Position numbers and translations under genes: made by a program
Shown here: one piece after another, positions 8,801 through 17,800 of the stretch
How positions within the stretch are numbered: the stretch's first letter is position 1
Layout: every line of letters starts with the position of its first letter
The notes under the pieces: model-generated
What the model saw: the letters and a program-made list of their open reading frames with translations, nothing else
Database searches by the model: none
What the model was told of the DNA's origin: nothing
NCBI GenBank assembly: GCA_037133995.1
Contig: JBAXNA010000003.1
Coordinates: 1-38,273, forward strand
Reading direction: 5' to 3'
Length of the DNA: 38,273 nt
From: Candidatus Saccharimonadota bacterium
Lineage (GTDB): Bacteria > Patescibacteriota > Saccharimonadia > CAILAD01 > BJGX01

Positions 8801-9633
8801 CACCAAAAGGTCAAGCAATTCTTTCTGAAATAGACGGTACCGTCAAGCTCAGTAAGTCGGGTGTTAAGCAAGTAGTTAGCGTTATCCCTGCCGATCAAAA
8901 AGTAACTAACTATGATCTAAAAGACATGACTCCAAAAGTAAAAACCGGTGCGGGAGTCATTCGCTCTCAGATACTTGCTAAATCTAGCGATGGTAAAAAA
9001 ACCATCAAGGCTGGTGGCATTGGTACCGTAACAGTTGAAGCTGACAAGATTGTACTAACCCACGACAGCGGAAACAGCCGAGAATACACTCTGTCTGAAT
9101 ACACAACCCTAGAGGTCAAGAATGGTGACCAGGTAGTAGTGGGACAGCGTCTAAGCGAGGGATCAGTGAACTTGCAAGATATGCTAAGACTACAGGGCGA
9201 AGAAGCCGTTCAGCGCTATGTGATTGACGAAGTACAGGCTATTTACTTGAGCCAGGGTCAAACTATCTCTGCTAAGCATATTGAAGTTATGATCAGGCAA
9301 ATGTTCTCTAGGGTGCGTATAGAAGAACCAAATGACACCGAGTTTATATCTGGTGATGTGGTTTCTAGAGCTGCTCTAGCAGAAGAAAATGCTCTAGTAA
9401 AAGAGCGCAAAGGCAAGATTGCTACATACGAGAAGCTTCTAATGCCAATTACTAAAATATCAACAAGCTCAGATAGCTGGTTATCAGCTGCTAGTTTCCA
9501 AGAAACTACCAAGGTATTGATAGCTGCAGCAATGCGCGGTAAGCAAGACAAATTGCGTGGGCTTAAAGAGAACGTTATCATTGGCCGCCTTATTCCAGTA
9601 GGAACAGGCTTTCATGATGATGAGCAGGCTTGA
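5845..9633 (+). CDS. rpoC: DNA-directed RNA polymerase subunit beta'
   Basis: Catalytic NADFDGD, both Zn sites, bridge helix GARKGLTDTALRT. Start moved from 5824 to ATG 5845 (GAGG upstream). ATG 5863 (AAGGA upstream) is an alternative start. Confidence 0.99.
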   Translation: MDKDNTMHEQQIIDFDAIKLSVAGPEHILDWSNGEVIKPETINYRTQKPEKDGLFCEKIFGPTKDWQCYCGKYKGIRYKGIECDKCGVLVTRSIVRRERMAHIALCVPVAHIWFLRGTPSPISLVLNVGIRDLERVVYFANFIVTDVDEKAKADAIDDLKKDFESKRKELIAKYDIKGGKAELIPEDATKEFAELDANWAAAKTDLTNLAKYQLLPEGRYRELNMKFGQVFKAGIGAEALQQLLEEIDLKELTISLRKEADESSGQKMKKALKRLKLVEGMEQSGISPEWMITTNLPVIPPDLRPMVQLDGGRFAASDLNDLYRRVINRNNRLKKLFRLEAPEVICRNEKRMLQEAVDALIDNNARRDRAVSAAGSRKKLKSLTDLLKGKQGRFRQNLLGKRVDYSGRSVIVIGPHLKLDQCGLPKMMALELFKPFVIGKLIEKGVAHNVKSASRMIERARTEVWDTLDEVITGKYVLLNRAPTLHRLGIQAFKPVLIEGKAIQLHPMVCAAFNADFDGDQMAVHVPLSAAAQAEARDIMLSKHNLLKPSSGEPVVKPSQDVVLGCFFLTSTKPGLKGEGKAFSSTSEAIMAYQADVVELRAMTKVRVNGVTIETTPGRLIFNEILPAEIDFVNETLNKSRLQAIMAKVFAELGQEVTAVLVDDVKDLGFKYSTISGISIGMDDLVVPEQRDGLIAEGELKVLEYVSQYQQGLITNEERYARTVDVWKGVGEEVESLLGEALANSDSTLQDDLQSGARASLGQINKMSGMLGLMLSPAGRVIELPVRSNYKDGLGVLEYFISTHGARKGLTDTALRTSESGYLTRRLVDVAQDIVISENDCGDKEGYSMSLAEAKAVGEESLSAWIVGRTSLEKIVDPKTNDVIVKKGQLITDVTAKQIADIGLGTIKIRSIFKCQSAWGLCQKCYGIDLAKGNPVRLGEAVGIMAAQSIGEPGTQLTMNTKHATGIGGDITQGLPRVEEIFEARAPKGQAILSEIDGTVKLSKSGVKQVVSVIPADQKVTNYDLKDMTPKVKTGAGVIRSQILAKSSDGKKTIKAGGIGTVTVEADKIVLTHDSGNSREYTLSEYTTLEVKNGDQVVVGQRLSEGSVNLQDMLRLQGEEAVQRYVIDEVQAIYLSQGQTISAKHIEVMIRQMFSRVRIEEPNDTEFISGDVVSRAALAEENALVKERKGKIATYEKLLMPITKISTSSDSWLSAASFQETTKVLIAAAMRGKQDKLRGLKENVIIGRLIPVGTGFHDDEQA

Positions 9634-9658
9634 CCAGAAGGGCCCTATCTGATAGAAT
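9630..9658 (+). promoter_or_regulatory. sigma70 promoter for rpsL-rpsG
   Basis: TTGACC 9630-9635 (overlaps the rpoC TGA), 17-nt spacer, TGaTAGAAT extended -10, with only 9 nt to the ATG. Confidence 0.7.
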
Positions 9659-9667
9659 GTTTAAGTT

Positions 9668-10090
9668 ATGCCTACTATAAACCAACTAATTCGAAAACCT
9701 CGCGTAAGCAAGAGTAAAAAGAACAAAGCCCCAGCTTTGGCTCGAAGCTTTAACGCACTTAAAGTGCAGGCTAGTAGTATCAACTCACCACTTAAACGTG
9801 GTGTTTGTACCAAGGTGTTTACTCAGACCCCTAAAAAACCTAACTCAGCTTTGCGAAAAGTAGCACGTGTTAGACTAACAAATGGCATGGAAGTGACCGC
9901 CTATATCGGTGGTGAAGGCCATAACCTACAAGAACACTCAGTTGTTTTAATTCGTGGCGGCAGAGTAAAAGATTTACCTGGTGTAAGATATCACGTTGTA
10001 CGTGGTGCTCTTGATACAGCCGGTGTTTCAGGTCGCAAACAAGGCCGCAGTAAGTACGGTACAAAGCGCGAAGTCGCAAAGAAAGATTAA
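9668..10090 (+). CDS. rpsL: 30S ribosomal protein S12
   Basis: [30 protein letters not shown]. Carries the N-terminal insertion of the long S12 type. Confidence 0.99.
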   Translation: MPTINQLIRKPRVSKSKKNKAPALARSFNALKVQASSINSPLKRGVCTKVFTQTPKKPNSALRKVARVRLTNGMEVTAYIGGEGHNLQEHSVVLIRGGRVKDLPGVRYHVVRGALDTAGVSGRKQGRSKYGTKREVAKKD

Positions 10091-10093
10091 GCT

Positions 10094-10570
10094 ATGCCAA
10101 GAAAAGTAACCAAGTCTCTAAAAAGAATAATTCCACCAGACCGTGTGTATGGCAATGTTTTAGTCTCAAAAACTATTAACAAAGTAATGATGGATGGTAA
10201 AAAGCAGATCGCTGAAAAGCTAGTGTATTCAGCTATAGAGCAAGCTGCCGTAAAAACCAAAGTAGAACCAGCAGAAGTTTTAGAAGCAGCTGTAAAAAAT
10301 GTTAGCCCAACAGTAATGGTTAAATCTAAGCGTATTGGTGGTGCCAACTATCAAGTTCCAATGGAAGTAAAAGGTGATCGTAAGGTTCACTACGCGCTTG
10401 TTTGGATACTAGATAGTGCCCGGTCTAAAAAAGGTCAGAGTTTTGACAAGAAGCTCGCTAGTGAGCTAGTTAACGCTTTCAACAACGAAGGTGATGCAAT
10501 GAAGAAAAAGCAAGATGCTCACCAGATGGCAGAAGCCAACAAGGCATTTGCTCACTTTGCCCGTTACTAA
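10094..10570 (+). CDS. rpsG: 30S ribosomal protein S7
   Basis: MDGKK, RIGGANYQVP, MAEANKAFAHF. Confidence 0.99.
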   Translation: MPRKVTKSLKRIIPPDRVYGNVLVSKTINKVMMDGKKQIAEKLVYSAIEQAAVKTKVEPAEVLEAAVKNVSPTVMVKSKRIGGANYQVPMEVKGDRKVHYALVWILDSARSKKGQSFDKKLASELVNAFNNEGDAMKKKQDAHQMAEANKAFAHFARY

Positions 10571-10575
10571 AAACT

Positions 10576-10604
10576 TTGTTCGTTAGGCCTAAATAAAGTA
10601 TAGT
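10576..10604 (+). promoter_or_regulatory. Possible internal promoter for fusA
   Basis: TTGTTC, 17-nt spacer, TATAGT in the 131-nt rpsG-fusA spacer. Confidence 0.4.
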
Positions 10605-10701
10605 AAATAAACAAGTCCCTTGGCGTATTGTGATGCAAAGCATAAGCACTAAGTACAATTTGCAACAAAATCATTGAAGAAAGGTAAAGTAAGGAATTTT
10701 T

Positions 10702-12819
10702 ATGGCTCGAGATTATAGTTTAGAAGACACAAGAAATATTGGTATTATTGCCCACATCGATGCTGGCAAGACGACAGTCACAGAAGGTGTACTGTATAGA
10801 ACAGGCAAAGTTCATAAGATTGGTGAAGTTCACCAGGGCGAGGCCACTATGGACTGGATGGAACAAGAGCAAGAGCGAGGCATTACTATTACTTCTGCAG
10901 CTACTACTTGCTTCTGGAACGACAAGAGAATTAATATTATCGATACCCCAGGTCACATCGACTTTACCGTAGAAGTTGAGCGCTCACTTCGTGTACTTGA
11001 CGGTGCTGTAACAGTATTTGACGGCAAAATGGGCGTAGAGCCACAGTCTGAGACCGTATGGCGCCAGGCTGATAAGTATGGTGTACCTAGAATTTGTTTT
11101 ATAAACAAAATTAATCAAACTGGCGGAGATTTTTATAAGTCACTGGAGTCTATCCATGAGCGGCTAACAAAACACGCTTATCCTATTCATCTACCAATTG
11201 GCTTTGAGCAAGAAATAAATGGCGTTATTGATCTTATTGCCATGAAGGCCTACAGCTACAAAGACTACACAGACAAAGAACTTACAGAGTCTGAGATTCC
11301 TAGCGATATGCTTGAAAAAGCAAATGGCTACCGCCAGCACCTAATTGAAGCTGCTGTAGAAGCAGACGATACAATAATGGAAAAATACCTAGAAGGTACT
11401 GAGCTAACAATTGACGAAATCAAGCTATGTATTCGTAAGTCAGTCTTGCGCGGTGACTTTTTTATAGTTTCTGGCGGTGATGGCCGCGGTGTTATTGTTG
11501 AAAAACTACTTGATATAGTCACTGATTACCTACCAAATCCACTAGAGGTGACTCCTCCTTTGGCAATAGAGAGCAAAACTGGCGATGACAAGGTTATCGA
11601 AGTAAGCGATAGCGCTCCATTTGCCGCACTAGCTTTTAAGATTGCTACTGATCCATTTGTGGGTAAACTTGTATTTTTTAGAGTTTATGCCGGAACAATC
11701 AAATCTGGCAGCTATGTATTAAATAGTAGTACTGGTGAAAAAGAACGTATTGGCCGTATTGTACGTATGCACGCCAATAACCGTGAAGAAGTAAGCGAAG
11801 TATTCGCAGGCGAAATTGCCGCCGCCGTAGGCCTCAAGGCTACAATCACAGGCCACACACTAAGTGACGTAGCTACACCAATGGTACTCGAAAGTATTAC
11901 TTTTCCTGAGCCAGTTATTAGTATCGCTATCGAGCCAAAAACCAAAGCCGATCAAGAAAAAATGGGTATTGCCCTCGGTCGCTTAGGTGAAGAAGATCCA
12001 ACTTTTAGAGTTCACACAGACGAAGATTCTGGCCAGACTATTATCGATGGAATGGGTGAGCTTCATCTAGAAGTTATTGTCGATAGAATGAAGCGTGAGT
12101 TTAATGTTGAAGCTAATGTTGGCCGACCACAAGTGGCCTTTAGAGAAACAATCAAAGGTACTGCACAGATCGAATCTAAGTTTGTTCGCCAATCAGGTGG
12201 TAGAGGTCAATATGGTCATGTATGGCTCGAGCTTAGTCCACTTGTTCATACAGATGATGACGAGAAAGGTAAGATTTTCGAATTCGAGAATGCCATTGTT
12301 GGTGGTTCTGTACCTAAAGAGTTTATCAAGCCTGTAGAGCAAGGCGTGATAGAAGCTATGGGTAATGGCGTACTAGCCGGCTACCCAGTAGTAGATATCC
12401 ACTGTAAGCTCTATGACGGTAGCTACCACGAGGTTGACTCTAGCGAAATGGCCTTTAAAATTGCCGGTTCAATTGCCTTGCAAGAAGGAGTTAAGAAGGC
12501 TACTCCTGTAATACTAGAGCCTGTTATGAAGATTGAAGTAACAACTCCAGAAGACTTCATGGGCGACGTTATTGGCGATATCAATGCTAAGCGTGGTCGT
12601 GTAGATGAAATGGAAGACAGAACAGGCGTAAAAGTAATACGTGCTTTTGTTCCTCTAGCTGAAATGTTTGGCTATGCTACTAGCCTTAGATCAATGACCC
12701 AAGGTCGTGCGGCCTATGCGATGGAATTTGATCACTACGCAGACGTACCAAGCAATGTAGCAGAAGAGCTCAAGGGTAAGTACACTGCCGCTCGTGAAGC
12801 TGGTGAGTCAACAAAGTAG
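10702..12819 (+). CDS. fusA: Elongation factor G (atypical G4/G5 motifs)
   Basis: [52 protein letters not shown], located in the str operon. Confidence 0.99.
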   Translation: MARDYSLEDTRNIGIIAHIDAGKTTVTEGVLYRTGKVHKIGEVHQGEATMDWMEQEQERGITITSAATTCFWNDKRINIIDTPGHIDFTVEVERSLRVLDGAVTVFDGKMGVEPQSETVWRQADKYGVPRICFINKINQTGGDFYKSLESIHERLTKHAYPIHLPIGFEQEINGVIDLIAMKAYSYKDYTDKELTESEIPSDMLEKANGYRQHLIEAAVEADDTIMEKYLEGTELTIDEIKLCIRKSVLRGDFFIVSGGDGRGVIVEKLLDIVTDYLPNPLEVTPPLAIESKTGDDKVIEVSDSAPFAALAFKIATDPFVGKLVFFRVYAGTIKSGSYVLNSSTGEKERIGRIVRMHANNREEVSEVFAGEIAAAVGLKATITGHTLSDVATPMVLESITFPEPVISIAIEPKTKADQEKMGIALGRLGEEDPTFRVHTDEDSGQTIIDGMGELHLEVIVDRMKREFNVEANVGRPQVAFRETIKGTAQIESKFVRQSGGRGQYGHVWLELSPLVHTDDDEKGKIFEFENAIVGGSVPKEFIKPVEQGVIEAMGNGVLAGYPVVDIHCKLYDGSYHEVDSSEMAFKIAGSIALQEGVKKATPVILEPVMKIEVTTPEDFMGDVIGDINAKRGRVDEMEDRTGVKVIRAFVPLAEMFGYATSLRSMTQGRAAYAMEFDHYADVPSNVAEELKGKYTAAREAGESTK

Positions 12820-12877
12820 ACTGAGTTGATTTAGATATAGCTCAGGCTGTATCGCAAAGCTTATCACGATAATTTAT

Positions 12878-12905
12878 AAAAAGAGGCCTGTATGGGCCTC
12901 TTTTT
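12878..12905 (+). terminator. Intrinsic terminator after fusA
   Basis: AAAAAGAGGCC-tgtatg-GGCCTCTTTTT perfect inverted repeat. Confidence 0.85.
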
Positions 12906-13006
12906 AGTTGTAAAAAATATCAACGATGCCAAATAAGGCTGTATTTTTTATACAAAGTCTGATACAATTGCCGATATATTTGCACCTTGACGAGAGGAAA
13001 CCAAAA

Positions 13007-13333
13007 ATGCACGAAGACTTCAACGACGAGCTTGAAGACGACTATCCCAACTTTTTGTATGATAATCATGTAGACGACGACGACATGCAGAACCTTCTGC
13101 TCGGCGTACTGGCAATTGCTCTGGTTATAGCGGCCGTAGTGTTGTTTACCGCTGGCATTTTAGCTACGATTCTAACAAATAGACTGAGCTATGGCTTAAA
13201 GGGGCTTTTGGCCCTAGTGGTTTTTCTTGCCCTTGGGTTTGTTCTGCCAGCTAGAATCTTTGGAATGCTTAACAAAAAACCAACAGTCAAGCTTAGTAGT
13301 CTGAATCACGAAGTCATAACAGAAGAAGATTAG
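13007..13333 (+). CDS. Hypothetical membrane protein, acidic N-terminus, 2 TM helices
   Basis: Start moved from 12926 to ATG 13007 (GAGAGG SD; TGaTACAAT at 12960-12968). D/E-rich first 26 aa, then two hydrophobic stretches. Flanked by terminators. Confidence 0.7.
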   Translation: MHEDFNDELEDDYPNFLYDNHVDDDDMQNLLLGVLAIALVIAAVVLFTAGILATILTNRLSYGLKGLLALVVFLALGFVLPARIFGMLNKKPTVKLSSLNHEVITEED

Positions 13334-13366
13334 TTGTTATAAAGACTCAAAATTCAGCTCGAAAGT

Positions 13367-13418
13367 GCGCCTAGTATGGGCGTTTTATGCCCTCAGTTTA
13401 GACTGAGGGTGTTTTTTT
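13367..13418 (+). terminator. Tandem terminator hairpins upstream of tuf
   Basis: GCGCCTA-gta-TGGGCGT plus T run, then ATGCCCTCAGT-ttag-ACTGAGGGTGT plus T6. Confidence 0.8.
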
Positions 13419-13429
13419 AAATAAAACTC

Positions 13430-13458
13430 TTTACAAACCGAGTATATTTGCCTATAAT
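13430..13458 (+). promoter_or_regulatory. sigma70 promoter for tuf-rpsJ
   Basis: TTTACA, 17-nt spacer, TATAAT, with an A/T-rich UP-like region upstream. Confidence 0.8.
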
Positions 13459-13532
13459 TGAGAAGTCTAAACAGGGCAACTTATGTTGTCTTTTAAGTTT
13501 GATACGTCTAAAAGTTATAACAAGGAGAAATA

Positions 13533-14717
13533 ATGGCAGAAAAATATAATCGCGATAAACCACACGTAAATGTAGGAACTATGGGTCACGTAGATCATGG
13601 TAAGACTACTTTAACTGCGGCTATCACAACAGTACTAGCAAAAAAACTTCCAAGCGATATAAACCAACCAGTTGATTATGCGACAATCGACAACGCTCCA
13701 GAAGAGCGCGAGCGCGGTATCACAATCGCTACTTCTCACGAAGAGTACGAAACTGAAAAACGCCACTACGCCCACGTAGATATGCCAGGTCACGCCGATT
13801 ACATCAAGAACATGATTACCGGTGCAGCTCAAATTGATGGAGCTATCTTGGTAGTTAGTGCTGCTGACGGCCCTATGCCACAGACTAGAGAGCACGTATT
13901 GCTTGCTCGCCAGGTTGGTGTTCCAAAAATCCTAGTATTCATGAACAAAATGGACATGGCCGACCCTGAGCTTGCAGAGCTTGTAGAAGTTGAAATTCGT
14001 GAACTACTCGAAAAGAATGGTTATGACAAAGACGCCCCAATTATCAAGGGATCTGCCCTAAAAGCCCTAGAAGGTGATTCTGCAAACGAAGATGCCATTA
14101 TGGAGCTTGTGAAAAATATGGACGAATACATTCCAGAGCCGAAAAGAGAGCTTGATAAGCCTTTCCTAATGCCTATAGAAGATGTTTTCTCTATTAAGGG
14201 CCGTGGCACTGTAGCTACAGGTAGAATCGAACAGGGTAAAATCAATGTAAATGAAGAAGTAGAAATTGTAGGCATCAAAGACACTACTAAGACCGTAGTA
14301 ACTGGTGTTGAAATGTTCAAAAAACTACTTGATGAAGGTCAGGCTGGCGATAACGTAGGTATCTTGCTACGAGGCGTTGAACGCGATGACATCGAACGTG
14401 GTCAGGTTCTAGCAAAGCCAGGTTCTGTCACTCCTCATACTGAATTTGATGCTGAAATATATGTTCTTAAAAAAGATGAAGGCGGCCGTCACACCCCATT
14501 TTTCAAAGGCTACAAGCCACAGTTCTACTTCCGTACTACCGATGTAACTGGCGAAGTTCAGCTACCAGAAGGTACAGAAATGGTTATGCCTGGTGATAAC
14601 ATCAGCATTAAAGTTAAACTTCTAGCCCCAATCGCCATGGAAGACGGCTTGCGTTTCGCAATTCGTGAAGGTGGTAAGACTGTTGGTGCCGGTGTAGTAA
14701 CTAAGGTAACAAAGTAA
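13533..14717 (+). CDS. tuf: Elongation factor Tu
   Basis: [52 protein letters not shown]. Confidence 0.99.
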   Translation: MAEKYNRDKPHVNVGTMGHVDHGKTTLTAAITTVLAKKLPSDINQPVDYATIDNAPEERERGITIATSHEEYETEKRHYAHVDMPGHADYIKNMITGAAQIDGAILVVSAADGPMPQTREHVLLARQVGVPKILVFMNKMDMADPELAELVEVEIRELLEKNGYDKDAPIIKGSALKALEGDSANEDAIMELVKNMDEYIPEPKRELDKPFLMPIEDVFSIKGRGTVATGRIEQGKINVNEEVEIVGIKDTTKTVVTGVEMFKKLLDEGQAGDNVGILLRGVERDDIERGQVLAKPGSVTPHTEFDAEIYVLKKDEGGRHTPFFKGYKPQFYFRTTDVTGEVQLPEGTEMVMPGDNISIKVKLLAPIAMEDGLRFAIREGGKTVGAGVVTKVTK

Positions 14718-14724
14718 AAATACT

Positions 14725-15051
14725 ATGTCAGCAGTAGAGGTACCAACCAAGCAACGAATTCGCATCAAGCTAAAAGCCTATGACAATAAAGTCATAGACC
14801 AGTCTGCTAAGCAGATTATAGATACAGCTATTCGCACCGGCGCAACTGTTGCAGGGCCAATCCCTCTACCAACAGACAAGCGAAAGTATACCGTTGTAAA
14901 AAGTCCTCACGTCTACAAGACAGCCAGAGAGCAGTTTGAAATGCGTACTCACAAGCGACTTATTGATATCACAGACCCAACCCCTAAGACTATTGATAAC
15001 CTCATGAATCTTAGTCTGCCAGCTGGTGTTGATATCGAAATAAAAATGTAG
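14725..15051 (+). CDS. rpsJ: 30S ribosomal protein S10
   Basis: [32 protein letters not shown]. Confidence 0.99.
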   Translation: MSAVEVPTKQRIRIKLKAYDNKVIDQSAKQIIDTAIRTGATVAGPIPLPTDKRKYTVVKSPHVYKTAREQFEMRTHKRLIDITDPTPKTIDNLMNLSLPAGVDIEIKM

Positions 15052-15071
15052 CCCCACTGTAAATAAAAGTG

Positions 15072-15107
15072 ACAAAAAAGCTCTAAAAATATTCAGAGCT
15101 TTTTTGT
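15072..15107 (+). terminator. Intrinsic terminator after rpsJ
   Basis: ACAAAAAAGCTCT-N10-AGAGCTTTTTTGT inverted repeat. Confidence 0.8.
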
Positions 15108-15136
15108 TTGCCAGATATCAGACTTATAAATAATAT
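15108..15136 (+). promoter_or_regulatory. Promoter for ABC-F gene, probably leaderless
   Basis: TTGCCA, 17-nt spacer, TAATAT, then 8 nt to ATG 15145. No SD. Confidence 0.5.
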
Positions 15137-15144
15137 TTACCATC

Positions 15145-16788
15145 ATGATAATATCCGCCAAAATTCAAGAAAAGACCATGGGCTCAAAGCTTTTGCTAAA
15201 AGACCTAGACTTAACCTTACAAGATAATCAAAAAATAGCCATTATTGGCAGAAATGGCGTAGGTAAATCAACGTTGCTAGCAGTTCTAGATGGCTCTGAT
15301 GATGAATATATAGGAGAAGTAAATATTAAAAAAGGTGCCGTTGTTCTAAGCACCAGACAAGAACATGCCGTAGTGGGCGAAATGACGGTGCTTGAATACA
15401 TTTTGAGTGAGCTACCAGAATATTCTGGCCTTAAGCACACTATTGAGGCTTATCCGGGCCTAGATGATCCCAGCGAAGCTGATTTAGATGACTATAGCGA
15501 CGCTATTGACAGATTCGGTGTGCTTGACTACTATCGTGCTGAAGACAAGATACTTCAGGAGCTAGAAAAATATCAGCTAGATAGTACAGTTGCTATGAGT
15601 CCACTGAAGAACTTAAGTGGTGGACAAAAGCGCTTTGTCGAGCTCGTGAAGATAGCAGAAAGCCATGTCGATCTAGCTCTAATAGATGAGCCAACCAACC
15701 ACATGGACTATGTAGCTAAAACTGAATTTATCAGCTGGCTCAAGGCATGCCCTTATGCGGTAGTACTAGTCAGTCACGATAGAGATGTATTGGCCAATGT
15801 TGACACTATTATCGAAATAAAAGACCAAAAAGCAGAGATTTTTAATGGTAACTATGATGCCTATTTAAAGCAAAATAGTCACTCTACACTTCAAGGTATT
15901 GATCAGTACGAGATTCAGCTCAAAACTCTAGAAAACGTTAAAAAGCAGCTAGCTGAAGCTAATCGTAAAAAAGCTTCTAGTAGTAAGACGCCAAACCCCT
16001 TCATTCCTATGATTCGTCGTTTTGAGAAAGAAATATCTAGACTAGAGGCCTTAGCAATTAAGCCGTCTTTCTGGATAGACCAAGACTCAATAGGGGAGCA
16101 GCAGGGCAAGGTAGTAGAAAAATACGATAAGTATAAAGCTCGAAACATTAGGGTAAAAACCGACCAAGCTACAAAGCACCACCAGGCACTTTTGCAGGTG
16201 CATAAGCTCTCACTCGGCTACACAAAAAAACTCTTTTCCGATGTAAGCTTCATACTCAATACCGGCGATAGACTAGAGCTAAGAGGTAGAAATGGTGCCG
16301 GAAAATCCACTCTAGTAAGAGCAATACTAGGCTATATACACAGCAATGATCTGGCCTGCCAGAGCTACGAGGGTCACATTGAAGTTTTCCCCGCCCTTAG
16401 AGTTGGATATTATGAACAAGAAATAGACACTAAGCTGCTAAAAATGACTTTAGCTGAGGCAATCGAACAAGTCTACCACGATGCTGATCAGCCAATAAAC
16501 CAAGAAAAGATAATGGGCTTAGCTCATCAGTATCTTTTTGAGCCAGAGAGAGATTTAAAACTTAGCCTACAAAAGCTAAGTGGAGGACAAAAAGCTCGTT
16601 TTCAATTGATCAAGATGCTTTGTAGCGATCCAAACATGCTTATTCTAGATGAACCAACCAACCATTTAGATTTGCCCTCAATAGAAGAGCTAGAAAAGGC
16701 TCTTATCAATTATAGTGGTGCAATACTGTATGTAAGTCACGATAATTACTTTCGTAACAAGCTTGGCGGCGAAATAGTTCAGATATGA
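15145..16788 (+). CDS. ABC-F family ATPase (ribosome-associated, no TM domain)
   Basis: Two NBDs: GRNGVGKST/GRNGAGKST, LSGGQ twice, DEPTNH twice, VSHD twice. Arm insertion in NBD1 and a long helical linker. Confidence 0.93.
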   Translation: MIISAKIQEKTMGSKLLLKDLDLTLQDNQKIAIIGRNGVGKSTLLAVLDGSDDEYIGEVNIKKGAVVLSTRQEHAVVGEMTVLEYILSELPEYSGLKHTIEAYPGLDDPSEADLDDYSDAIDRFGVLDYYRAEDKILQELEKYQLDSTVAMSPLKNLSGGQKRFVELVKIAESHVDLALIDEPTNHMDYVAKTEFISWLKACPYAVVLVSHDRDVLANVDTIIEIKDQKAEIFNGNYDAYLKQNSHSTLQGIDQYEIQLKTLENVKKQLAEANRKKASSSKTPNPFIPMIRRFEKEISRLEALAIKPSFWIDQDSIGEQQGKVVEKYDKYKARNIRVKTDQATKHHQALLQVHKLSLGYTKKLFSDVSFILNTGDRLELRGRNGAGKSTLVRAILGYIHSNDLACQSYEGHIEVFPALRVGYYEQEIDTKLLKMTLAEAIEQVYHDADQPINQEKIMGLAHQYLFEPERDLKLSLQKLSGGQKARFQLIKMLCSDPNMLILDEPTNHLDLPSIEELEKALINYSGAILYVSHDNYFRNKLGGEIVQI

Positions 16789-16792
16789 AAAA

Positions 16793-16830
16793 ATCCCTGC
16801 TCAACGTAATGTCGAGACAGGGATGGTTTT
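16793..16830. terminator. Hairpin between convergent genes
   Basis: ATCCCTG..CTC..GAG..CAGGGAT flanked by an A run (5') and a T run (3'). Confidence 0.55.
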
Positions 16831-16839
16831 AACTCCCCC

Positions 16840-17202
16840 CTAGAAGTCTTTTGGTAGAGCCGGAACTCTACTGGCTAGTAAGATTTTTAGGTCTTGAGCT
16901 AGCTGTGTGTCTTTGCGCAAAGTTCGAAATGAAATTTGCATTGTGTCACCACGACAGGCATCCTTCACGAGTCTTTTTAGTGGCTCAACCTGCTCCTTGT
17001 CTAGGCGGCAATTGGTTACTACGGCAATGGCTTTGTTGCTTAGGCCGTAAGCTTTCTCGATAGTGCATAGCTCACCTTTGAAAAAACTACCAATTTCTGG
17101 GAAAAAAGCCGATCCGTCAATGTGGAAGATTATCAGTCTATTTGACTGACGCACTACATTTATTCGAACCTCTTTGACTAGGGTCTTAACGGTACTAGAC
17201 AC
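16840..17202 (-). CDS. Hypothetical protein (orphan, soluble, basic)
   Basis: GTG start with AAGGAG SD (17214-17209). Minus-strand TTGACA(17291-17286), 18-nt spacer, TAATAT(17267-17262). Fills the gap without overlapping real genes. Confidence 0.7.
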   Translation of the reverse strand: MSSTVKTLVKEVRINVVRQSNRLIIFHIDGSAFFPEIGSFFKGELCTIEKAYGLSNKAIAVVTNCRLDKEQVEPLKRLVKDACRGDTMQISFRTLRKDTQLAQDLKILLASRVPALPKDF

Positions 17203-17316
17203 CTAATTCTCCTTGCTGGGTATAGATGAATGGGGCAACCACGTGTCAAGTGGTACTAAATATATTAGTGCACACTAGGCTTTTGTGTCAAGCCTAATCA
17301 ATAAATACATAAGCGC

Positions 17317-17346
17317 TTGCAATGGCAGTACCCAATGCACTACAAT
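17317..17346 (+). promoter_or_regulatory. sigma70 promoter for DUF4870 gene
   Basis: TTGCAA, 18-nt spacer, TACAAT. Divergent from the minus-strand promoter. Confidence 0.55.
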
Positions 17347-17398
17347 ACTAAGTAAGAAATATTAATAAAAATAGCCTAGGCTATATGAAGGAGCTAAA

Positions 17399-17785
17399 AT
17401 GCCAGAAGAAAAAAAATCATCAACAGCAAACAAGCCGCAGACAAAAAGCAACGACAGTAGCAACGACACACTTATGGGAGTACTAGCCTACATTGGTATT
17501 CTCTGTCTTATACCTTTTCTAGCTGCAAAAGACTCAGAGTTTGCCCAGTTTCATGCCAAGCAAGGACTAAACCTCTTTTTACTAGAGATTGGGGTAGCAG
17601 TTCTATCATGGGTTCTAGGCTTTATGAGTATTGTGGGCGGTCTAGCTTTCTTGGGCCTGTTAACTATGCTGATATGGTTGGTTCAAATAGGCTTTATCGT
17701 TCTATCTATTATCGGTATTGTAAATGCCCTAAATGGCAAAAAAGAACCACTCCCAATTATCGGTGGTATCAAGCTAGTAAAGTAG
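17399..17785 (+). CDS. DUF4870 / Tic20-MamF-like membrane protein
   Basis: LAYIGILCLIP..DSEFAQFHAKQGL..IIGIVNALNG..PLPIIG pattern, 3 TM, SD AAGGAG. Confidence 0.8.
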   Translation: MPEEKKSSTANKPQTKSNDSSNDTLMGVLAYIGILCLIPFLAAKDSEFAQFHAKQGLNLFLLEIGVAVLSWVLGFMSIVGGLAFLGLLTMLIWLVQIGFIVLSIIGIVNALNGKKEPLPIIGGIKLVK

Positions 17786-17800
17786 CAAAACTACTGTTCA

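Noticed and set aside
2328-9633. Inteins, introns or frameshifts in rpoB/rpoC
   Set aside because: Both frames are continuous and of normal length. The insertions look like ordinary lineage-specific hybrid-motif domains with no splicing motifs.
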